This document shows, piece after piece, positions 1 through 12,221 of a stretch of 64,000 bases of DNA. Below the pieces are notes generated by a model. The model saw nothing but the letters and a program-made list of their open reading frames with translations. It was not told the origin of the DNA and did not search any database. Location: assembly GCA_029717555.1 (NCBI GenBank), contig JAMDHS010000026.1, forward strand, positions 1-64,000. The letters are read 5' to 3'. Within the stretch, counting starts at the first letter, position 1, and each line of letters begins with the position of its first letter. Position numbers and translations under genes: made by a program. This DNA is from Peribolospora baueri (Eukaryota).

Positions 1-35
1 CTTTCTTTCTTTCTTTTTTTTTTTTTTTTTTTTTT
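1..35. repeat. (CTTT)n plus poly-T run at window start
   Basis: ctttctttctttc followed by an uninterrupted T run to position 35. Confidence 0.9.
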
Positions 36-203
36 CATTTATGTGATTACTTCTGAATCTGTGACTTGGCAGGCGGCTGCTTCCATCAGTGTGTGCCCCA
101 TTGCGTGTGTGACCGGCAATGTGTGCATGTTTCGCTACGAAACCACCTCTCGCGCGATATAATGCGCACGAGCGTGACAGAAAGAACAGTCACTTGCTCG
201 ATT

Positions 204-2469
204 CTACTCGATCCTCTCTACCACCTTGCCTTCCTCCAGCCTGAGCAGACGGTTCAAGCTGAGCGGCCACTCTTCCTCATAGTGGCTTACCACCACCATC
301 GCCTTTCCATGCTCGCCGCCGTCCCCTCGTCCCCACCGCTCGTCCAAGAACCACCTCGTGCGCTCCACCATTGCGGCGCTCATGCCCTGGAAGGGCTCAT
401 CGAGAATGAGCAGCTGAGGGTCGTGAACGAGCGCCCGGAGGAGGAGCACGACGGCCTGCGAGCCGTGAGAGAGGGAGGCGAACGCCGTCTTCTCCAACTC
501 GAGCACGGCCTCTTCGCGAGCGCGCCTCGCCACCGCCTCGGTGCTCTCTCCTTCCGCCCCATTTCCTTGCCCGCCAGCGGACTCCGCCTCCGCCTTGCCA
601 TCGACACCACGTCCACAGCGCGTCGGCACGGCGCGAATGAGGTCAACAAACTCGCCCAGCAGCTCCGTCACCCTCCTCACCTGTCCGTCGTCCAGCTTGC
701 GGTAGCTGAACACGCCCCAGAACCCGGAGCCAACAGCCTCGGCGACGGTCAGACCGCCGCTCTCCAGTCGCCTTCGTGGGAAGGCGTTGAAGAGCTCCGG
801 GGAGAGGTGTCCGATGCGTTTCGCGAGGCCCGAGACGGAGTTGGAAGGGTGGGAGCGCGGCTGGGAGAAGAGCGTGAGGGGCACGGCAAAGGAGTGCGGG
901 TGCTCGCCGAGGAGGAGGGCGAGGAGCGTGGTTTTGCCGCTGCCGTTTGGTCCGACGAGGGCCCAGCGGTCACCTGGTTTTATCTTCCAGTGAACGTCCT
1001 GAGTTGAGAGCAAGAACAAGAGCGCGGATCGGGCAAAAAAGTCGGTTTGAGCGAGTGCAATTTAAAAGCTCCACTCGGGCGAGTACAAGGAGCGACGGGC
1101 CTGCGCAGAGGAGCCTTCACTCACCTGGAGGACCTTCTTGTCATTATATGCGATAGTAACACCGTCCATGCTGACCAGCTCTTTTCCTTGGCCGGCAGCG
1201 CGGCTCGTCTTAGCGTTCTGTAGCACAACTTTCTTCCCGCCTTTCGGCCTTCCGCTCTGTCCTCCAGCCCTGCCCAAGGAAGCATCCCTCTTCAACGCTT
1301 CCTCCTCTTCGCGAGAGCCAATGAAAGCGATATCCCCCTCCTCGTCTACTCGGAAGACGTGTGTCACGAACTCGGGTAGCGAATCTTGCGGGCGGAGAAC
1401 AAGAATGATGCGAGGCGACCGAGCGGAGTGGAGAGCGGCCAGAAGGCTCGAGAGCGAGGCGCGCGTTGCGGCATCGAGGCCGGCTAATGGCAAGCGGTGC
1501 AAGAAATATGGGTTCTACTACCTCAGCGGCCGTGCTGTCGCCAAGAACGTAGGGCGACTCACTGTAGGGTTCCTCGAGTAGCAACACCTCCGGCTCTGCC
1601 AGCAGCGCTCTCAAAATCCTTGCCCTCCTCGTCTGTCCGTTGCTGAGCGCGATGAGCGGCTTGGCCAAAAGATCTGGTCCGACGTTGAGCATTCGAGCCC
1701 ACTCGTTCATGCGCGCCTCCTCTATCGCCGCCTTCCCGTCATTCTCCTCTATGACAGCCGCTGACGCTGAACCGGTGTCCGAACCGGTGTCCTCCGCGGC
1801 GAAAGGAGATTCAGAAGGGTAGAGCTTGGTAGAATCCGGCTTCTCCATCCTCTTCTTTACATGTCCTACATATACACCCCTCGACTCCAACAAATGCTCT
1901 CTCAGCGTCGTCTTGTCCCCGTCCTCCCAGGCAGATCCGTAGCGGGTGGTGTAGTCGACAAAACCGGCACCGCCACCCCCTAGACGGGTGCCAAAGGACA
2001 CGTGGTGGATGGCGTCAGAGACAAGGCGATCCTTGGAGGTCAGAAAGGGGTGGAGAGGTGGGTGGACTGTCGGCGGCGTGGAGGAATCGGAGGACGAGAC
2101 GGATTGGACGAGGCCTGCGCGGCCAAGAAGCCCCTGAAGAAACGACAACAGTGGAAAACAGACAGAGGTCAAACCATCCGTATCCCAGCAAGCCTACTCT
2201 AGCGAGTGAGAACAAAGAAGAGAATGCAGCGCCGAATGGGGGCGCAACATGTGCCAACGAACCTGCACTATCGCCCGCTTTACCCTCCCCCCTTCCTCTC
2301 CAGATGGTCCAATAATGACCCAACACTCATCTCCCTCGTCTGCGATGGACCATGTGAGCCCTTCTTCTTGCTGTTGCCCCGCCTGTCCCTTTCTAGATGT
2401 TCGAGTCGATGACTTCATGGGCGACAGCGAAGGGATGACGGCGTTAGAGAGGCGGAAGAGCGGTGGCAT
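204..2469 (-). CDS. Soluble twin-NBD ABC ATPase without transmembrane domain (ModF/YDR061W-like), 4 exons
   Basis: ATG 2469 (MPPLFRL); GT-AG introns 2134-2262, 1484-1562, 999-1124; TAG at 204. NBD1 has LSNGQTRR and LLLEEPYTGLD. NBD2 has Walker A GPNGSGKT, LSHGSQ, LLILDEPFQG and H-loop VVSHY. Confidence 0.85.
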
Positions 2470-3582
2470 CGTCGTCGTCTTTGAGGCGGTGCAAAACAAT
2501 GAAGGAGAAGAAAAGGAAAACCATGCGCGTGTGGAAAGTTGAAAAGACGAATATTGAACGCCAACGAAGGTCCGTACGGGATGGGAGGACGTCGGTAGCC
2601 GAGGAAGACTACACCGACCCCCGTGAAGGAAACGGCCGACATTGCAAGGGGAGGTCGACATGGAAGAAACGCCGGTTCCTCCTCTCTTATGGATTCCGTG
2701 CACGGGTTGCGAGTCCAGCGCGCATTCCACCACGGTCGCCGACGGCTGCCGGACAACGACCGCCGTTCTGGTTGCTGACGCTCGGAACATGGTCGTTCGA
2801 GTGCTTGCGTCCGAGTTTCAGATGTCGAACAAAGGCACGCTTCTCGCCAGCCAGGCCTGCCAGTCTCTTTCCGTCGCCAAACGGTATCCAGAGGAGGATA
2901 TGTAGAGAGTGGACTGTCCTGTACGGGAAAGGCGAGGCCAGTGGGGAAGATTGCTCATCAGATAGGGATTGGCGCAGGAAGACTTTTTTGGTGCGAGGTG
3001 GAGGTGTCAGGAAGTTCGGAGGTTCGGCCGCCTACTTCCGATCGTCGCGCACGGGCCACTGCCGTTGCGGGCGGTTGGGCGACCGCAGCACAAGACTGTC
3101 ATAACCAGAACGATGGACCGGTGAGTGCTCCTCCCTCCCGTATACGCCTCATCCTTCCTTATATTCTTTCCTTTCGTCTTTCCTTCTGCCAAATCTCGGA
3201 GCATTTCACTTGCATGAATGGAGTCGACCGTGTTGACCGCTGGGCGTCAGAAGCCCCGGCAGCGTGCATCTACTTTACCTCTCGCACATCCCATATCTTA
3301 AATAACACAGTTTTCCGGAAGGAGCGAAGCGACCTCACCGGAACAAGAGTTCCTCAGCTTCATGGCCCTGCGACAATTTAAAGAGCATGGATAGGACATG
3401 TGCATCCAATCGCGGTCAAGGCCAAGGCAGAAATCCGCCGCTGGCGAGGGTAAAACGACGGCGCCGTCGCCATCAGTGATCGAGCCGTCGCAAATGCAGG
3501 TGCCAGCCTCTGGCATCGATCCGGGGATATCGTCGAGAACCCAATCAAGTCCAAGGTTCCAACGCTATACTTGACACATTCA

Positions 3583-4826
3583 ATGGCCAGAGGCTCCCCC
3601 TCGCCCTCGCCAAAGGTGACCGAGCCGATCCCTTCCATGCGCCCAATGGCGCTGGCGACGGCATCGCAGCGGACCCTGCAGGACTTGAACGATCGCCGCA
3701 GTGAATTAATCTGCCTCCTCCGCCCGCGTCTCCCCCATTGTCATCGTTCAAACGACAACCGGCGTCCCCTTTCTGAGTCCGCGCTCACTAGTCTTCTTAA
3801 TCTCCTTCCTGGGCCTTCCTTGCCTCCTCGTCAATACCCTTCCCTTTGCATCGTTATCCGTCGCTGCGGTCTACACTGGCACCTACCTCGCCGGCACCGC
3901 TTAGCCGGCGTCATCAGCACCGTCTCAGCGCTTTTGCGGCCGTCGGCGCCGGTCTCACAGCTAGTGCGGGTCGCGCCATTAGGCTGATCGTTGCAACGGT
4001 CGCCCCGCCTGGCAATATATCTTGCCCATCTGCCCATACGGGCACCTACATGACGCAACACGACCTCGGTCACACGTCCTCTGTCGTGCGCCGCGCTACC
4101 AGTATGTTTTTCGGTCCGGGTTATCTCTTTGTCGACGCGACTAATATCAAAACCCTGGCGGAAGCGACCCGGCTTTTGAGCACCCACTTTGATGATCCGA
4201 TCACCGTGGCGAACTCGATGGACAACCTGGGCGCGTCGACGCTGCAGCTCGTGAAGGCTCTCTCAGGCTCGTTGTGCAGTTCAAGAGCACTATGAGACAG
4301 CAGGTGAGACGGTACAAGCAGTTGCGGCTTGAAGATCGAGAAGGCGCAGCAGGGTGACTGCAGGGACAAAAAGGTTTGGCATATCGCGACTTTGAGGTCC
4401 TTGCCGACCATCTCAAGCATCTTCAAGCCTCCATTAGCATCACATACGCTATCGCATCGGATGCGGAGGGTCAAGCTCAAATTGAAAATAAGACTGCGAC
4501 GCACCAGTTGCGGCTCTCTCAAGATGCTCTGAAAATCCCACCACCGTTGTTACTACCGGACAGATCCAATGTCTCAGCCCCTTCCCCTTTCCTCTCTTGG
4601 TTCCCGACCTTCTGCTGCTTGCTTCCCTCTCTTGTTTCCAACAAGATCTCCGCATAGGTCTCGAACTGGCCTGTGCGGTGCTCGAGTGCGCGAGGCATTG
4701 GCGCGCGAAGTTGGAAAGCCGAGTCTGGGTCAGGACGGGTACGTCGAGGCACTGGCACAGGCTTCGAGGGAGCGTGTAAAGACTAAGTATTGTGGGCTGG
4801 GGGAAGGCCTGTTGGAGATCATATAA
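3583..4826 (+). pseudogene. Probable decayed gene for a membrane-associated protein (frameshifts and stops)
   Basis: Protein-like segments continue across frame changes: LVFLISFLGLPCLLVNTLPFASLSVAAVYTGTYLAGTA* / LAGVISTVSA / SAFAAVGAGLTASAGRAIRLIV...LFVDATNIKTLAEATRLL / GQKGLAYRDFEVLADHLKHL. One intron-like GTGAGA..CAG at about 4304-4363. No family recognised; boundaries approximate. Confidence 0.35.
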
Positions 4827-5349
4827 GTCGCTCCATGAGACGAGGAAGGTCATCCGGACTTGATGATCGGTGCCGCCCGTCGCCCATCACCGTTGAGCCT
4901 CGTCTTGGAGCTTCTCTTCATAGCGGCTCTCCTTGCCGTTCTGTTCATGAGATAGATACGTTCGTCGCACCACTCGTCGTGATAGCCGCTGATCACACAC
5001 CCCAGCCAGCCCCTTTCTGATTGTGTATGTATTTACCAACGATAGTAGAATTATCACAATCCTTTGATTCTTTTTGCTCTGCTCGACCACTGTGCTCGCT
5101 TCTGCTATTCTGAATTGACCCATCTGAAAATGCCCCGTGTCTCATTTCAGTCCTCTCGCTCCTCATTCCGATGGACAGAATCGCCTTCAGACGCGCATAT
5201 GGCGACGCTCGGTTAGTACCGCCGACGCAACAAATGACTGGATTCAATTGACAACCGCCTCGTTCGGACTTCTGGCGAACGGCCTAACCGGTACTCAACA
5301 TCGTCATCATACACGCATGTGCCAACGGACGCCCGCAACGAAACCAAGT

Positions 5350-6310
5350 TCAACCGCCGACCTGGATCTTCTTCTCCTCGGGCTGCTTCTGGGGCTTCTT
5401 TACCTCGATCGTAAGCACACCATCCTTGAGGTCTGCCTTGACGTCATTGGCAGTCACCTCTGAAGGGATGGGGAAGGTGCGCTGGAAGAAGCCGTAGCGG
5501 CGCTCAGAGAGGATATGCCTGTGCTTCTCGGCACCTTGAAGGGACGGGGGTACGAATGAGATGGGCTGGTCAGCTTCCTGGGGTGTATTAGCCTCACCAG
5601 GCCGGCCTGCACCAAGCAGGGGGCGCTCACCCTGTTCGCAAACCTGCCTCTGGCCTTTCTGTTGCACCTGCTTCTGCTTCTCCTGCTGACCTTCCTTCTT
5701 CTCCTGCTCACCCTCGGGCTCCTGTTGGTGGAACTCGGAGGCGAATTCACCTGAGACCGTCAGGCGATGGTTTTTCTCATCGACATTCACGTTGACGTTC
5801 TCTTTGTCCATGCCAGGCAGCTCAAGCTTCATCAGGATCTTGTCATCTTGCCTGGTAATGGAGGAAGGGGAGTGAGGAGGGCGATTGAGCAGATACGGTG
5901 GCGGCGGGTGCGATGACGGTGGCGAGCTCACTCGATCTGTGGGGTTTACATTGAGGGGAATGGCGACGACGAGGACAGCGTCAGATGCCCAGGCCGGGGG
6001 TTTTGGAGGGGGGACTGGAAAAGGACGCTTTTGGTCCATTTCAACGGACCGAACGATGGGCTAACTCACGATGTCCTTCGAAACGTTGTCCCGTCAAGTT
6101 GAACAAGACGGACGTCAGTTACCACGGCGGCAAAGCGGAAAGATCACACTTGTTCTGGGTCCCATAACTTACAGTCTTGGGCTGGATCATCTTCTGACCC
6201 CTCACGTCTCGCCTAGCTACCTGCTGAGGTGCGACCGCGGGCGTGACCATGTCCTCCAGGAGCGGCTCCATGAGGTCGAAGATGTCGGTGTTGGGGAAGA
6301 CGAGGGTCAT
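5350..6310 (-). CDS. Small heat-shock protein (Hsp20/alpha-crystallin domain), 5 exons including two microexons
   Basis: Exons 6173-6310, 6070-6075, 5932-5936, 5631-5851, 5350-5534. Spliced protein reads QPKTDIIEQDDKILMKLELPGMDKENVNVNV...SERRYGFFQRTFPIP...VKADLKDGVLTIEVKK...KKIQV, with the C-terminal IxV motif. Confidence 0.92.
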
Positions 6311-6802
6311 TGTGGGCTAGTGGTTCTGTCTGATAACAAATCTGCAGCTGTGTGAAGGACGCGAATGCAGAAAGCGAGAAAATAAGAGGCCTCGACAGGA
6401 CGACGACGTCTTTATGGCCTCGACGACCACCAAGGCGTGTTTTGGCGGAGTCAGCGTCGACGGTACGCAGAGATGATTAAGAAGCCAGTGCTTTGTCACC
6501 CTGCCATTTAACGTGCGTAGGATTCAAGATCCACCAAAGCAAGCGCTCTAGGAAGATTGACAAATCGGATCCTGGCGAGCGAGCTGCTCCTCGTCGCCCG
6601 TTCCTGCGCCCTGGTACTTTGCGGGAGAGGAAATCGACCGGCGGGAATGTCCATTCACGATGACTGAGCGCTGTCTAGGCGTGTTGTGCTTGCTTGCTCG
6701 AAGGCCAATGAAGGCGTCAGCGGGAGCCGCACCGTACCCGTGTCGGTAGACCGACCCATCGACAGCAAACTGCGCGGCTCGCAACTTGGCACTGAGTCGC
6801 CC

Positions 6803-6990
6803 GCAAGCAAGCAAGCAAGCGGGCGAGCGGACGAGCCAAACATACATACATACATCATACCATGATGACCCCCCCTCTCTTCACCTCCAACTCTGCCGCA
6901 GCAATGATTCGGGGAATATGCGCTGAACAGAAAGCGGCTGTTGAGAGCGGCAAGACGAGGAGCAAGGGCTGAGAAGAAGAAGAAGAAGAA
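6803..6990. repeat. Microsatellite cluster (GCAA)4, (CATA)n, (GAA)6
   Basis: Seen at 6803-6820, 6841-6855 and 6973-6990 in the Hsp20/Zn-cluster intergenic region. Confidence 0.85.
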
Positions 6991-7708
6991 GGAAGGCGGG
7001 CGCAAACAGGTTGGCGCTCGGAATCCTCTGCCGACAGAAGAGCTTCAAGTCAGGTCTGGCGTGTTCTGTCCGTCTGGTGTGCGCAACACGGTGGAGACAG
7101 ACGGCTCCACCTTTTTCAGCCAAACGGCGGGGGCTTGAGAGGGGAAACGAACATTCTTCGTGGACGAGCGAGGAGAAGCCGCCCATCGCCATGTCTCGCT
7201 CCCGTCCATCCGTCTCGCCCCAGGTGCCTATCGACGATCGACTATCGACCATCGACAATGCCCTCCTCTGTTGTGTCTCACCCGCTCTCGTCGAACCCAT
7301 GCTGTCTTTTGTCCGCCTCTCCATCATCAGCTCCGTCTTTACACCAAGCAAGTGGAGCCGCACGGTCGTGGGGTGGACCGCCGCTCTGGACAAAGTTTTT
7401 GGGGATTCTCAGACTGCGTAATACACCCGTCGTTCTTCCGCTCGGCCGGTGCCCCGAGCCGCGAAAATCGAATCCACACCACACATACGAGCACAGAAAG
7501 CGAGGTGGGACATCTAGATGCGCGTATAAACAAATGCCCATTCGAGCGAGCGGTTTGCCGCCTGGCCCCCTACCTATCTACCTATCATCCATGCAGCCAC
7601 GGCACGGCACTGGCGTAGCATGCTCGACGGCCGCGAGTATCGATGACGCGCAGATAACGCGACGGCCTCCACCATCGATCCCATCCATCATCCATCCATG
7701 CACGCGCT

Positions 7709-7737
7709 CTCCACTCCACTCCACTCCACTCCACTCC
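7709..7737. repeat. (CTCCA)5 pentanucleotide microsatellite
   Basis: ctccactccactccactccactccactcc. Confidence 0.9.
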
Positions 7738-9186
7738 TCACGCCGCGTCGCGCGCAGGCATCATGACAACCGCTGCGCCACAGCAAGTTGGCGTACCGAG
7801 GGTCGAAATGAAGATGGCGTTCTCGGTGGAGGCGTCGCCAAGGGCCAGCCAGGTAAACGAGGCAAGGTCGTACGTAGGTGGGGTGGGGTTAGGTGGAGCG
7901 TCCAATGTATGTATGTACATGTGAGGGCTGTGTGTATGTGCACCCCGATGGCCACCACAAGATGGCCAGGGAAGCTCTCTAGCTCTCTCGTCTCCTCTCG
8001 TCTCCTCTCCTCTCCCCCATGCCGGCCGACGCTCGATCCGAATTTTCTTTATCCTGGTCCGCCCCGCCCTCGGGCAACCCCCGGCGGACGGACGGCTGAA
8101 CGACCGAAACGACCCGGACGGGACGGAAACTTTTTTCGAGTCAGCGCGAGTTCCGCGCCGGCTTGCGGCATCTTAGCATCTTAGACGGAGACGACGACGG
8201 TGGGAGCAGGTGGATGCGGTCGGGGTGGGCGGGCGTCGGACGAGTCGAGAAATCATGTAGGCAGTACAGTAGTAGTAGTTCCGGGCGGAGCGATGGTAAC
8301 CCAAAGGACCTTTATTACCTCGCTCGCTGCTACACTGCACGTAACACAGTGCCACACATTGAAGCAGTACGGTATGGTAAGGTATGTGGGGTACATATGT
8401 GCCCTACCACGGCTCGTCCGCGCCTCGGCGGTCCTTTCGAATCGATCGACGCTGTGCGAGGTGGTGCGAGGTGGTCAGACACTGCCCTGAGCTTGTCTCG
8501 CTCGTCGCTGCTTGCTTCTCTCTCTCTCTCCTCTCACACACTTCATCCGCGCTCCCACCTTGCTCGCGTGCTGTGCTGGCCGTGCCTCGGCGTTTTCTCA
8601 CAAACGCCGGGTGCGATTGAAGGAGACCAGCGCAGGAACATTTACGTCGCTGTCCGTCGTCTCTGACGTACTTCGTCCTTCGTTCGTTCGCCTTTGGGCG
8701 GAGCCGTGGACAGCGTAGGACACAGTATTGTGTGCGCTGCGACGGACAGCTCGGCGGGGTTGGCGTGCAAGCCAAGCTGGGTCGGCTGTGAGCAGTAGTC
8801 AAGCAAGCGCCCGCGTCGGAGCAAAGCCGTCCTATCCTAATCCTCCCACTAACAAGTCGACTCGCACCTCGCACGGACGGACGAACGCTGCAAGCGCGCT
8901 CCACGACGGGAGCGAGTGCGTCGATGGATGGTGGGGGAGCGTCTCCCTCTTCCCCAAAAGTTCGTATGGAAGAGAAGGAAGAAGAAGAACCATCGCCGCC
9001 GCTTTTCCTTCTCTCCCTTTCTTCCTTCCTCCACCACTCCTACCCACGAACAGGACAGCGCTCCTTTAAAACACGCCCAGCGCCGAGCTGCCCCGCTCCT
9101 CGTTCCCCGTCCCGGAGAGACCAGATCGACCGACAGACCGACGATACACAGACCAGACCAGATCAGACAGGACCGACAGACTGTCC

Positions 9187-10855
9187 ATGCTCACCTCCAA
9201 GCCCGCTCGCCCCTTTCCTTCCCAACCCTTGCCACGCTTCATGCTCCCAAACAGTCTCCCCACTTCTTCTGATCCGCCCCCCTCTTCGTCCCTCGCTCCC
9301 TTGTCACGTCCTTCCCGCGACCCTCCGTCGCCCCCCTCACCGCCGTTTCTCCAAGGGCGACTTGATGGACAGCAGCAGCAGCAGCAGCAACCGTCGTACC
9401 TGGACCCTTGGATGAACTCGGCCTCGTCCTCCTCCCATTGGCCGCCCGTCCCCGCACTGCAGCTTCTCAACGCACCGATGCACTTCACCGCCGCATCTAA
9501 TCTCGCCACACAGCACACCCCTACCCCCGGTTTGCAGGGCCAAGTCAACGTCTCGCCCACCACTCAGCTAGCATCCCATCCTTGGTTCGACATTGGCCCC
9601 CTCGGTCCTCCATCATCAGCTCCATTACAACCTTCCCCAGCGCCACCACGCGGCCGCGTTTCCCTGCTCGCCAACGAAACCTCGGCTGACGACGTCGCTC
9701 GCCGCGCATCAGCCCCCTCCACTCTGCCCTCTCGCCGCGAATCCGCCTTTCCGTATTCAGTGGCTCCATTCGCATGGCCCGGCCCGTCTTTACAGCCCGC
9801 TCTCGGCACCAGACCCGCTTCCAGCGGACACGCCGAACAGGCCATCGTGGTCCCCTCGAGCGCCCCGCCGTTATCGTTATCGATATTGGGAGCGCAGACG
9901 TGGACGACCGGCGAGCGTGAGGCGGACGAACCGCCGACCACGCTCTCCGACTCCGGCGGACGCTTCGCCTTGCATCCCAACTTTGTTCCTTCTCTCTCAA
10001 CGACCGAGGCCGCCAGTGCCGGGGAGCCTTCGACGTTCCCTCGCTCAGGCGCCCCGCCATTCGCTTTTGCCTTTCCGACCGCCCAACAGCGCGCCGTCGC
10101 TGGTTCCTCCTCCTCGTCGTCGTCATCATCATCTTCTTCTTCTTTCCTCCACCCGTGGCAAGACCTGGGTGTTTGGGCCGGTCCCCCTGCGAACCTCGGC
10201 CGACTTGGCGGCGTCCTCTCTGGGTCTGCGCCAGCGGGCCCGTTTGGTGCCTTCCCGTCGGGAACCACGCCGTTGTATCCGCTGCCGCTGAGGAGGAGGA
10301 AGCAGGCTTGTCTCCCTTGCAGACGAAAAAAGGTGAGTTCTCCACTAATTTTTTTTTCCGGTCCGAAGTGCTCGCTTGCGCTCGGGATCCATCCACTGAT
10401 CCAACATCGCAACCCCCTTTCCTTTATCCCCGCTTCTCGGCACGACGGTACAGATGCGCTGCGATGGCGTTAAGCCGCTCTGCGGACAGTGTGCCCGTCT
10501 CTCCGCAGCCTCGCGGGCGATGTGTGCCTACGACGAGCCCAAGAGACCCGGCTTCCCGAGGGCGTCTCGTCGGCCCGTCTTGGACGCATCCAATCTTGCC
10601 AAGCTCCCTCGTGCGCGCGCTCGGCCTGGTGCTTGGGACGCCAGCGCAGGCAAGTCCGCAACGACGGCTTCGGGGGTGGATGACGAGGGGGAAGGGGAAG
10701 AGGGGAAAGCGTTCGAGTTGGCATTCGGAAGCTTGTACCACGGTTCGGAGGAGGGAGAGGATTTGGAGCGATTGACCGCCTCTGACGCTGCGACGAGCGA
10801 GGCGGAGGGTGAACGCGACTCCGCCGCCAAGGGCAAGGACAAGGCGACGAGCTAG
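9187..10855 (+). CDS. Zn(II)2Cys6 binuclear cluster transcription factor, 2 exons
   Basis: Removing intron 10333-10453 gives RRRKQACLPCRRKKMRCDGVKPLCGQCARLSAASRAMCAYDEP (six Cys, GAL4-type spacing). The N-terminus is Pro/Ser-rich with polyQ. Start could be 9187 or 9241. Confidence 0.85.
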
Positions 10856-12221
10856 CCAGCCGAGCCCGGCGTCCTCCTCCCTTCTGGTGCGTTTTCCCAG
10901 CCATCCCGGCTGAGAGAGCGGTAGCACCCATTCATTCCAAGTGTCTGTCTCACCACCATCGCTGGTCTGGCTTTGCTGCTTTACACAAGGCATGGATCGA
11001 CGTCGGCCTTTCTCTCATCATTCGTCCACGGCCCAACAGTACCTCCGCGACTTGACGTTGCCCCTTTCGGCCCCGCTCGTCCGTTGAGAACGCAAGGGTC
11101 GCTCAGACTTTGGAATGGCCAAGATGGCGCCGCGCTTATTTGGATATGAGCACCCATTCCGTCCCGTCTTGGCCTCGGTCTACGTCCATGGATAGCCGAG
11201 CCGACGGACAGAGACTGTCTGCGGTCAGATGAGGGAGGAGAGCCTCTCTGCGGTCAGATGGGGGAGGAGAGGCTTCCTCCCCCATCCCTCTTCCTTTAGA
11301 CACCTTTCCTTGGGCCACCATTTTGCGATCCCCGTTGACCGTATATATAAGTGACTGACCTCGTGATTCGCGAGCATTTTCCCAGTCGGCGCCATTGCTT
11401 GGGACCAGCCGGCGCCGGTCTCCTCAAAGCTGCTCCCGTCGAGACGACGAGACGATAGAACGGAACGGTTTCCGCACCCGACCCCGCTCTATTCTTTTTA
11501 TCTTCTTCATGCCTGCCGCCTTCCTTCCATCCCGCCGACGAAGACGCAGGATGGTTGGGCAGGGTAGAGTCGCCTCTTCCCCGTGCAGCCCCTGCCCCAA
11601 CAGCGTGTGCTGCCATTCGTCTACAGTACGTAGAGATCTGCGTTCATGCTCACTCGCGAACCGACACCTAATTTCTTAACCACGCGCACGCCCTCTCCCA
11701 CCCTGTATCGCAAGACACCCCGGTCCCCTGGAGGGTCACCGCCGTATTCGCCCTCGCATCTCGACACACTTATAGAGCGCCTCCCTCCCTCTGTTTCGCC
11801 TCATGTAGAATAGAATAAAAAAAAGTACGCTAACACGTCCGTGCACCCGCGCCCAGAGTAGCCAGTCCGTCCATGTCAGGAGGAGGGCGAGAGCATATTG
11901 CCAACGTCGTCCAGTCTCGTTCCATCAGGTAAGGGCCGGGCTGACCGGACGAAGAACGCAAGGCGGCACATCAGCCCAACGTCGAGCATATATATCGTAT
12001 GTCCATTTATACGCCCCCAACTTGCTGCGGCCAGGTCGCGTCTCGACACGCGCCGGCGATCGTCGCCTAGGCGGAAACATCTTGCGCATCACGACGAGCC
12101 GAGCCGATCGCGGATCGTCCGGGCACGAGACCCTGCTTCTGCTCTCCCAAGTCACAGCGCCTCTCCTCGTCCGCCGCCTCTACTGCACCGCATGCATCGC
12201 CGCGTGAAGGGCCCCGATGCC

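Noticed and set aside
66..1007. Long antisense ORFs (also 24065-24760, 39705-40586, 45444-46400, 53561-54382)
   Set aside because: Shadows of real genes on the opposite strand, caused by GC3-rich codon usage.
7135..8184. 349-aa ORF in the Hsp20/Zn-cluster intergenic region
   Set aside because: Non-ATG start, runs through microsatellites, no recognisable motif; typical GC-rich chance ORF.
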